A stretch of DNA of 64,000 nucleotides, taken from the NCBI GenBank assembly GCA_031460455.1, contig JAVKTQ010000016.1, positions 3,429 to 67,428 on the forward strand. The letters are read 5' to 3'. The first letter of the stretch is position 1, and every line of letters begins with the position of its first letter. Positions 56,740 to 64,000 of the stretch are shown here, in pieces. A program made the translations under genes and the position numbers. The stretch comes from Sporomusaceae bacterium. GTDB lineage: Bacteria; Bacillota; Negativicutes; Sporomusales; UBA7701. The notes beneath the pieces were generated by a model, which was given only the letters and a program-made list of their open reading frames with translations, was not told the DNA's origin and did no database searches.

Positions 56740-57966
56740 CTACAGAACCTGGCTGATGTGCATAACCTTGAAACGGCCGCCGCTTTTCTGCGCGGCCTTA
56801 TTCATCTGCACGAGACAGACCGGGCACTCGGACACGACGATGTCGGCGCCGCTCTTTTCGATGTTGGCCCGTTTCTTATCGAGGATGGCGGCGGCGATTT
56901 CGGGGTAATCGGTGTGGAACGACCCGGCCCCGCCGCAGCAGGTGTCGGCTCCCGCCATTTCGACGAAGTCCCCCGCCGCGGCAAGCAGTTGGCGGGGCTC
57001 TTTTTTGATCCCCTGGCCGCGGCCGAGGTGGCACGGTTCGTGGAAGGTCATCTTGGCGGCAGAGCGTTGGCGCGGTTTGTAGCCGGCCTTGACGAGGTAT
57101 TCCGACAGGCTCATGATTTTGGCGCTGAAGGCTTTGGCCGCCTCCTGCCATTCGGGATCGTCCGCAAGGTAGGCGCCGAAGTGCTTGAGGGTACCGGCGC
57201 AGCTGGCGCAGTCGCTGACGACGATGTCGGCGTCGGCGAACAGCGTAATATTCTCTTTGGCGAGGGCGAGGAAGTCTTCACGCAGCCCGTGGGCCAGATG
57301 GGGCAAGCCGCAGCAGACGTTGTCGACCTGCCGGGGCGTGGTGACGGCGCCGAGGACGGCGAGGGTGTCGGCCACCGCTTCGGGGAACATCATCCGCATG
57401 CCGCAGCCTTGAAAGTAGGCAACTTTGGCGTTTTCGCCGACGGCGGCCTGAGCGGCGGGCGCCTCGCCGGCCAATGCCGCGGGGCCGGCGAACCGGGACA
57501 GATACTGCTCGCGGGTGAACGGCGCCGGGGCCATGCCGAAAGGCACAAGGCCGCCGAGGCCGAGCTTGCGCACCACTTTAAGCGCACCGGCGGAGAATTT
57601 GACGAGGTTGCGTTTCTTCATCATGACGCCGAGGGCGCGGTATTTGACGCCCGGTCCGCCTTGCCGGTCGGCGATGTACTGGCGGAGGGCGATCATGGCG
57701 TCATCGGTCTTGACTTTGCTCGGGCAGTTGTCGATGCAGGTCCGGCACAGCAGGCAGAAGTTCATCGCCTCAAGGACGCTGGCGTCGGGGTTAAAACCGC
57801 CTTCGACGACGGCGCGGGCGATGTTGTTCTTGCCGCGGGCGCTCGAAGCCTCGACGTCCTTGACGCCGAACAGCGGGCAAACCGTCAGGCAGGTGCCGCA
57901 GCGATCGCACTTGGTAACGATATCCTTGACTTCCTTCAAGAGGTCGTGGGTGTTGGTCGTTGTCAT
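56740..57966 (-). CDS. glcF: GlcF-like Fe-S protein (2x[4Fe-4S] plus two CCG domains)
   Basis: CDRCGTCLTVCP, CLLCRTCIDNCP, CCG, HEPCH, CCGGAG. Confidence 0.9.
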   Translation of the reverse strand: MTTTNTHDLLKEVKDIVTKCDRCGTCLTVCPLFGVKDVEASSARGKNNIARAVVEGGFNPDASVLEAMNFCLLCRTCIDNCPSKVKTDDAMIALRQYIADRQGGPGVKYRALGVMMKKRNLVKFSAGALKVVRKLGLGGLVPFGMAPAPFTREQYLSRFAGPAALAGEAPAAQAAVGENAKVAYFQGCGMRMMFPEAVADTLAVLGAVTTPRQVDNVCCGLPHLAHGLREDFLALAKENITLFADADIVVSDCASCAGTLKHFGAYLADDPEWQEAAKAFSAKIMSLSEYLVKAGYKPRQRSAAKMTFHEPCHLGRGQGIKKEPRQLLAAAGDFVEMAGADTCCGGAGSFHTDYPEIAAAILDKKRANIEKSGADIVVSECPVCLVQMNKAAQKSGGRFKVMHISQVL

Positions 57967-57987
57967 TTCAAGACTCCTTGCTCACTG

Positions 57988-59376
57988 TCACCAGATTTTG
58001 TCGGGGTTGAGGATGCCTTTGGGGTCGAGAGCCTGCTTGACGGCCTTGAGGGCGGCAACGCCGTCTTCGCCCAGAGCGTCGGCGATATAGCGACGCTTGG
58101 TCATGCCGATGCCGTGCTCGCCGGACAGGGTGCCGCCCACGGCCAGCGCGGCGGCGAAGATTTCGTCGACCGCCTTGTGGACCTGCTCGGCTTCCTCGGG
58201 GTTGTCGAGGTCGCAGAGGACGGACGGGTGGAGGTTGCCGTCGCCGGCGTGGCCGTAGACGGCGATGGGAAGGTTGTACTTTTCCGCTATCTTTTTGATG
58301 CGGCGGACGACTTCGGGGAAGGCGTCGCGCGGCACGGAGATGTCTTCGCCGAGGCGGGTGGGCGCCATGGCGCCGACAGCCGAACTCAGGCCGCGGCGGA
58401 TAGCCCAGATGTCGTCGGCTTCTTTTGCCGAAGCGGCGATACGCACTTCGGCCACCGCAAAGCCGCGGGCGATCTGCTCGATCCGGCCGGCCTGCTTGGC
58501 GAGCGCGGCCTCGTCTTCGCCGTCGACCTCGATGATGACGCACGCCTCGATGGCCGGGTCGATGTCCATTTTGCGGTGGCGGGCGACCGCCTGGATGCTC
58601 ATTTTGTCCATAAGCTCGGCCGACGCCGGCACGACCCCCGCCTGGAGCATGCCGTGGATGGTGGCGCAGGCGTTGTCGAGCGAGGGAAACATTAGCTGCA
58701 GGGTGTTGCGGGCCTTGGGCATGGGGATGAGGCGCAGCAGCACTTTGGTAATGATGCCGAGGGTGCCCTCCGAGCCGGTGAACAGGCTGGTCATATTGTA
58801 GCCGGTGACATTCTTGATCGCCTTGCCGCCGGTGTTGATGACGCGGCCGTCGGCAAGAACGACCTCAAGTCCCATTACATAGTTGCTGGTCACGCCGTAC
58901 TTGACGGCCCGCATGCCGCCGGCGTTCTCGGCGACGTTGCCGCCGATGGTGGACATTTTCCAGCTGGCCGGGTCGGGCGGGTAGAACAGCCCTTTGGCGG
59001 CGCAGTGGTTATAGAGATCGATCGTCCTTACCCCCGGCTCGACGGTGACCATCATGTTGCGCTCGTCGAGTTCGATGATTTTCGTCATCCGGTCGAGGGA
59101 GAGCGATATGCCCCCCTGCACCGGGATGCTGCCGCCGGTGCGCCCGCTGGCAGCTCCCCTCGCCGTCACGGGTATGCCGTAGTCGTTGGCGATGGCCATG
59201 ACCGCCGATACTTCGGCGGTCGTCGCCGGACGGACGACAAGTTCGGGGCTGTTGGCCGGCAGCAGGGGGATGAAGGAGGAGTCGTAGGAATATCCGAATC
59301 GGTCGAGGTCTTTGTCGAGAACGTTTTCGGATCCTACGGCCGCCCTGAGTTTTTCTTTGATGGCTTCGTTTATCAT
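57988..59376 (-). CDS. glcD: GlcD-like FAD-linked 2-hydroxyacid oxidase/dehydrogenase
   Basis: PPDPAS...STIGGNVAENAGG, GSEGTLG, GHAGDGNLH, GEHGIG, LNPDK. Confidence 0.93.
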   Translation of the reverse strand: MINEAIKEKLRAAVGSENVLDKDLDRFGYSYDSSFIPLLPANSPELVVRPATTAEVSAVMAIANDYGIPVTARGAASGRTGGSIPVQGGISLSLDRMTKIIELDERNMMVTVEPGVRTIDLYNHCAAKGLFYPPDPASWKMSTIGGNVAENAGGMRAVKYGVTSNYVMGLEVVLADGRVINTGGKAIKNVTGYNMTSLFTGSEGTLGIITKVLLRLIPMPKARNTLQLMFPSLDNACATIHGMLQAGVVPASAELMDKMSIQAVARHRKMDIDPAIEACVIIEVDGEDEAALAKQAGRIEQIARGFAVAEVRIAASAKEADDIWAIRRGLSSAVGAMAPTRLGEDISVPRDAFPEVVRRIKKIAEKYNLPIAVYGHAGDGNLHPSVLCDLDNPEEAEQVHKAVDEIFAAALAVGGTLSGEHGIGMTKRRYIADALGEDGVAALKAVKQALDPKGILNPDKIW

Positions 59377-59563
59377 CTTTGCGCCTCCTGGTATTGGTGT
59401 CGCTCAGCTTGACTCTAATCCAAATTATAACATATATATAGGCGTACCGGCCGTAAATAAGGATTGATATTGTATTTTTCGCACGGCAAAGCAAAGGCCA
59501 CCCGCCGGCCAGCGGGTGGCGAATATAATTCAAATCCGGTCGTTAACCCTCTCGCCGAGTTTT

Positions 59564-60025
59564 TTAGTGGACATCCTTCAGTTTCTGGCGCGTTGCGTAG
59601 CGGCGCTGTCCCTCGGCAAAGCGGTTTTCTTCCTCATCCCCGGTTAGCTGCAAAGCGGGAACGGCGACGGGCCGTTGCTGTTCGTCCAGGGCAACCATCA
59701 CGAAATAGGAGGTCAGCACCGCCTTAGTCGTCGGCAAGTCCTCAAGGTAAAGGTTAACTTCGACTTCCATCGACGTTCTGCCTGTGAAGGTAAGAAAGGC
59801 GTGGACGGTAACCACCGACCCTACATGAAGCGGGTTGAGAAACACCATTTCGTCCACCGCGATAGCGGTCACATCAGTCCCGGAATGCTTCTGCGCAGCT
59901 TTATGGGCGGCGTTGTACATCATTTGCATAATTTCACCGGCGTTCACGCGGCCGCCCGGGTGGGCCCGGGTCGGAACAAGATTTTTCGAGAAACGCACTT
60001 CCGAATCAGCAACTGTTTTCGCCAT
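59564..60025 (-). CDS. Acyl-CoA thioesterase (YciA-like hotdog)
   Basis: GRVNAGEIM, TAIAVDEMVFLNP, TGRTSMEVEV, YFVMVALD. Confidence 0.9.
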   Translation of the reverse strand: MAKTVADSEVRFSKNLVPTRAHPGGRVNAGEIMQMMYNAAHKAAQKHSGTDVTAIAVDEMVFLNPLHVGSVVTVHAFLTFTGRTSMEVEVNLYLEDLPTTKAVLTSYFVMVALDEQQRPVAVPALQLTGDEEENRFAEGQRRYATRQKLKDVH

Positions 60026-60047
60026 TGCCAGCCACCTTTCTTGTGAG

Positions 60048-60479
60048 TTATTTAAGGTAATTGCGCGCGATGTCTTTCATCCGCTCTTTGGCTTTCTGCA
60101 TTAGCTGGTCACGGTTGACCACGGCCCGCTCGTGCCTGCCGCTGCCGATCACGCCCAGTTCGTCGCAGGCGGTGATGTCGAACAGCAGCCTGTTGCCGTC
60201 GACCTGGGATAAGACCGCTTTTACGGTGACCGACATGCCGGCGCCGGTGGGGGCGTCGTGAGTGAATTCCATATAGCGTCCGACGGTGATAAAGCCTTCC
60301 GGCAGCCGTTTTTCCACCGCTTGGACGGCAGCGTGGATCATCAGGTCGACATAGGCCGGGGTGGCCAGCAGACAGGCAAGGGCGCCGCTGCCGTGGTGGG
60401 CGGCGGTGTCGGCGTCGCGGACGGTTTTCTGGACGACCGCCTCGATGCCTGGCGCCAAGTAGTCGTTCAGGTTGATCAC
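60048..60479 (-). CDS. FlK-like thioesterase (hotdog)
   Basis: LATP...M, TVG, H.APT..GM.V, G.HERAVV; GTG start at 60479 or 60488. Confidence 0.88.
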   Translation of the reverse strand: MINLNDYLAPGIEAVVQKTVRDADTAAHHGSGALACLLATPAYVDLMIHAAVQAVEKRLPEGFITVGRYMEFTHDAPTGAGMSVTVKAVLSQVDGNRLLFDITACDELGVIGSGRHERAVVNRDQLMQKAKERMKDIARNYLK

Positions 60480-60700
60480 AGAAGACACTCTCCTTTTCTG
60501 ATTATATCGAAATTTCTTACTATTTCCCCTCCTAATTATACCATATAAAGCAGCGGCATTCTACAACCCATTCCCCATGCCGGGAAAGCGCTCGCGCTTT
60601 TCCCGGCGCGGCGGTGATTGAATTTTCTGGCTATTGGTACTATAATAAATTTCGGTACGGTTTTTCATGGCCGTTACGTTTGCATGCGCGGGAGGCAACC

Positions 60701-61048
60701 ATGATGGAGTATGCACCGACGACAGTATTCATCACCGGCGTGGCGAAGCCCGCCAAGGACGACCCGATCGCCAACGACTACCAGGTTTTCTTCCTCAGCC
60801 TCGTCGTGGACAAGACAACCGATATGATCGTGGACGCGACCTGCAATACCGCCCGCGATATGACGAAAGACTTTATCCGCTCGCTGCTTGTCGGCCGCAA
60901 TCTGGCGACAGAGTCGGGCGAGATGGTGGCCGATATCCGCCGCCGCTTTCACGGCCTGGCGCAAAAGCCACTGATCGTTGCCCTGAAAGACGCCTACAAC
61001 CGCTATACGGTATTGGGCAAAGCCGACCAGGAAAAAATAAGTTGTTAG
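60701..61048 (+). CDS. DUF3870 domain protein
   Basis: TVFITG.AK.A...PI, I.DA.C, RFHGLAQK.LIVALKDA; GGGAGG RBS. Confidence 0.85.
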   Translation: MMEYAPTTVFITGVAKPAKDDPIANDYQVFFLSLVVDKTTDMIVDATCNTARDMTKDFIRSLLVGRNLATESGEMVADIRRRFHGLAQKPLIVALKDAYNRYTVLGKADQEKISC

Positions 61049-61138
61049 ATTATTCAAAAAATGTTATAATTAATAGCAACCGAATGTAAGTTTTATTTAT
61101 TGGTTGATGGATTCCCCGTTCATCTACCGAGATAGATA

Positions 61139-61180
61139 AGACCAAAACCGGCAAGCTCGCTTGCTGTTTTGGTCTTTTTA
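61139..61180 (+). terminator. Terminator after DUF3870
   Basis: AGACCAAAA...CAAGC/GCTTG...TTTTGGTCT followed by a T tract. Confidence 0.7.
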
Positions 61181-61255
61181 TTTTCCCTGCCGGCGGCAAA
61201 GAAAGATAGACAAGGGCGTCGGCCGACAAATAAAATGTTAAGGGAGAGAAAAGAA

Positions 61256-62254
61256 ATGGCGAAGAAAACACGGGTTGTCCAAATGGGTCTGGGGCCGATC
61301 GGCAACAAGGTGACGCAGTTCCTGGCGGAAAAGGCCGGCATCGAGATCGTGGGAGCGATCGACGCAGATCCGGCTAAAGCGGGCCAGGATATCGGCGTGC
61401 TGGCGGGGCTGCCGCCACTCGGGGTGAAGGTCGCCGCCGACATGAAAGCGGTGCTGGGCGGTAAGGACGTCGATGCCGTCATCCTTACAACGACTTCCAG
61501 CCTCGCTAAAACCGCCGACCAGTTGGCGGAGCTACTGCCGTACGGGGTCAACGTCATTTCCTCCTGCGAGGAACTGAGCTATCCATGGCTGACCAACCCC
61601 GTACTTGCGGGTAAAATCGACAGGCTGGCCAAGGAAAACAATGTCGCCGTGCTGGCCACCGGCGTCAATCCGGGTTTCCTGATGGATTATCTCCCGGTGG
61701 TCATGACCGGGGTATGCCGCAACGTCCGCAAGGTTACGGTGGAGCGCATCCAGGATGCGACCTTCCGGCGCATCCCCTTCCAGAAGAAGATCGGCGCCGG
61801 CCTCACCGTGGCGCAGTTTCACGACAGGGTCAAGGAGGGTACGCTGCGCCATGTGGGTTTGACCGAGTCGATGCACATGATCGCCGCCAGTCTCGGCTGG
61901 AAGCTGGACAAGACGGAAGACATCATCTCGCCGATCGTCGCCGAGCATGAGGTGAAAACCGAAGGCCTGACGGTGAAGGCGGGCGACGTTCTCGGCGTCC
62001 AGCAGATCGGCCGCGGCATCGTGGGCGGCGAAGAGCTGGTTACGATGATCTTCCGCGCCGCCATCGGCCAGCCCGACGTCAGGGACCGCATCGTCATCGA
62101 CGGTACGCCTTCGCTGGATTCGTCGTTCAAGGGCGGCGTCAACGGCGACGTGGCGACCTGCGCCATTCTTATCAACGCCATCCCGGCGGTTGTCAACGCC
62201 CGTCCGGGGCTTAGAACGATGGTTGATATCCAGGCGCCGCACTGCTTCAAATAG
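61256..62254 (+). CDS. NAD(P)H-dependent amine dehydrogenase family protein (2,4-diaminopentanoate dehydrogenase/DapB-like)
   Basis: GLGPIG Rossmann motif, NVISSCEELSYPW, TGVNPGFLMD, NAIP.V..A.PG. Confidence 0.88.
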   Translation: MAKKTRVVQMGLGPIGNKVTQFLAEKAGIEIVGAIDADPAKAGQDIGVLAGLPPLGVKVAADMKAVLGGKDVDAVILTTTSSLAKTADQLAELLPYGVNVISSCEELSYPWLTNPVLAGKIDRLAKENNVAVLATGVNPGFLMDYLPVVMTGVCRNVRKVTVERIQDATFRRIPFQKKIGAGLTVAQFHDRVKEGTLRHVGLTESMHMIAASLGWKLDKTEDIISPIVAEHEVKTEGLTVKAGDVLGVQQIGRGIVGGEELVTMIFRAAIGQPDVRDRIVIDGTPSLDSSFKGGVNGDVATCAILINAIPAVVNARPGLRTMVDIQAPHCFK

Positions 62255-62335
62255 CAGCTACTGAAAACGCCCCGCAACGGTCTGCCGTTGCGGGGCGTTT
62301 TGTTTAAGACGCTGGTGCGACCGGCAGCTTTCGTC

Positions 62336-64000
62336 TTATGCCTGGGCGCTGACGTTGCTTTTGGAAACCAGGCGTTGGCGGAAGTACACGATAACCAGAA
62401 TAGCTGCGCCGGCTATTTCCCACTCAAGGCGGGGCGATATCAGCATAAACCCGCCAGCGATAAGCGCCACCCTCTCCCACCATTGGCAGGGTCTGTGGAA
62501 GTAGCCGGTGGTGCAGGCGCCGATGGCGTAGATGCCGAGGAAGGTTGTCAGGAATCCTTCAATGAAATTGGGCAGGGAAAACTGAATGAACAACAGCGAG
62601 GGGAACATGACGAAAACGTAGGGTACGATGTAAGCGCCGTAGCCGAGTTTGAAAGCCTCGAAGCCGGTCCGGAAGGGCTCGGATTTGGCGACGCCGGAGG
62701 CGGCGAAGGCGGCCAGGGCCACGGGCGGGGTGATGTCGGCGATGATGCCGAAGTAGAAGACGAACAGGTGGGCCGCGAGCGGGGGGATGCCAACCTGGAT
62801 GAGGGCGGGAGCGGAGATGGTCGACTGGATGATGTAGTTGGCGGTTGTCGGCACGCCCATTCCGAGGATGAGGGAGCTGATCATGGTGAAGATGAGGGTG
62901 AGGTAGACGCTGCCGCCGGCCAGGGCGACGATGCCGCCGGCCATCTTGAGGCCGAGGCCGGAGAGGGTGATGACGCCGACAATGATGCCGGCGGTGGCAC
63001 AGGCCACTACCACCGGCAGCGCGGAACGGGCGCCGTCCTCAAGCCCCTGGATGAAGTCTTTGGGGCTCATCCGCGTTTCGGCGTGAAGGAAGGAGACGGC
63101 GATGATGGCGAGAAGGCCGAAGAGAGCGGCGAGCATCGGCGTGAATCCATAGGTCAGAAAGGCGACAATGGCGACGATGGGCAGGGCGAGGGTCCAGCGT
63201 GTTCTGATCAGGGAACGCCAGTCAGGCAGTTTTTCCTTGGGGATGCCGTGCAGCCCGGTGCGCTTGGCTTCGAGGTGGACGGAGATGAAGACGCCGGTGA
63301 AGTAAAATAAAGCGGGAATGGCGGCGGCCAGAGCAATCTGAATGTAGGGTATATTGAGAAACTCAGTCATGATAAAAGCGGCGGCGCCCATGATCGGGGG
63401 CATAAGCTGACCGCCGGTGGAGGCGCATGCTTCGACGGCGCCGGCGAATTCCCGCCGGTAGCCGATGCTTTTCATGAGGGGTATGGTGACCGAGCCTGTG
63501 CCGACGACATTGGCGACCGAGCTGCCGGAAATCGTTCCCTGCAGGGCGCTGGCGATGACCGCCGCTTTGGCCGGGCCGCCGACCGCGCCGCCGGTGATGC
63601 CGACGGCGACGTTGGTCATCCAGTCGCCGATGCCTGATCGTTTTAGGAAAGAGGCGAACAGCATGAAGAGAAAGATGAAGGTCGAGGAGACGTCGATCGG
63701 GATGCCGAGGATGCCCTCGGTGCTCAGCCACTGGAAGGTGACGATCCGCTCTATTGTGAACCCGGGATGGGCGAGGAAACCGGGAAGTTCGGGGCCGATG
63801 TAGGCGTATACGAGGAAAATGGCGGCCAGCGCGGTGATGACCACGCCGGCGACGCGCCGGCTGGCTTCGAGGATGAGCAGGACGGCGGCCAGCGAAACGG
63901 CGAAGTCGAGGTTATCGTAGTTGCCGGCTTTGTTGATGATGTCTTCGTAAAAAACGACATGGTAGAGGGCGACACCGGCTGACAGCATAATCATAATGAG
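62336..64000 (-). CDS. TRAP transporter fused 4TM/12TM permease (partial; start lies outside the window)
   Basis: GGPAKAAV, SGSSVANV, ASTGGQLMPPIMGAAAF, GMGVPTTANY, ITPPVALAAFAA. Confidence 0.95.
   Translation of the reverse strand, partial: LIMIMLSAGVALYHVVFYEDIINKAGNYDNLDFAVSLAAVLLILEASRRVAGVVITALAAIFLVYAYIGPELPGFLAHPGFTIERIVTFQWLSTEGILGIPIDVSSTFIFLFMLFASFLKRSGIGDWMTNVAVGITGGAVGGPAKAAVIASALQGTISGSSVANVVGTGSVTIPLMKSIGYRREFAGAVEACASTGGQLMPPIMGAAAFIMTEFLNIPYIQIALAAAIPALFYFTGVFISVHLEAKRTGLHGIPKEKLPDWRSLIRTRWTLALPIVAIVAFLTYGFTPMLAALFGLLAIIAVSFLHAETRMSPKDFIQGLEDGARSALPVVVACATAGIIVGVITLSGLGLKMAGGIVALAGGSVYLTLIFTMISSLILGMGVPTTANYIIQSTISAPALIQVGIPPLAAHLFVFYFGIIADITPPVALAAFAASGVAKSEPFRTGFEAFKLGYGAYIVPYVFVMFPSLLFIQFSLPNFIEGFLTTFLGIYAIGACTTGYFHRPCQWWERVALIAGGFMLISPRLEWEIAGAAILVIVYFRQRLVSKSNVSAQA

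Noticed and set aside
60579-60607. Isolated hairpin GCCGGGAAAGCG/CGCTTTTCCCGGC between divergent genes as a REP
   Set aside because: I found no second copy in the window.

Overview
This is GC-rich chromosomal DNA from a probable diderm, spore-forming Firmicute (Negativicutes, Sporomusaceae-like). That placement is inferred from the co-occurrence of TolC/RND/MacAB, YmaF/AsnO-like genes and sigma54 regulation. About 60 mostly housekeeping or metabolic genes are present: mobB with two half-size TauE/SafE genes, a HAD hydrolase, a class III CoA-transferase with EamA, a DUF4392/DUF1445 pair, asnB, a PAS-GGDEF protein, tRNA-Gln(CTG) and tRNA-Lys(CTT), a lower-GC sigma54-driven CitMHS/AtuA cluster, an XdhD-like molybdoenzyme operon under a guanine riboswitch, ArsR-CadA, an MCP, BirA-controlled bioB, an FRG protein, SAM-I-controlled metX-metY, gpgS, yqeB, DUF47-pit, TCS-TolC-MacAB, MarR-RND, glcD/glcF-like genes, two thioesterases, DUF3870, an amine-dehydrogenase-family enzyme and a partial TRAP permease. 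I found no transposase, integrase, reverse transcriptase or CRISPR array. The most unexplained signal is a dispersed ~150-nt structured repeat with 4 copies (3143, 4845, ~14107, 36346). Its stems covary in sequence, it keeps a tandem G·A internal loop and a central GCGTAC/GTACGC hairpin, and two copies carry different inserts. Two copies lie inside a duplicated HAD-3'/terminator/repeat/EamA-3' junction that tightly brackets a WG-repeat gene and its promoter, which looks like an integrated single-gene cassette. Two small ORFs with strong RBSs (24 aa and 43 aa) fall below the ORF-track cutoff. All family assignments come from motif recognition, not database searches.
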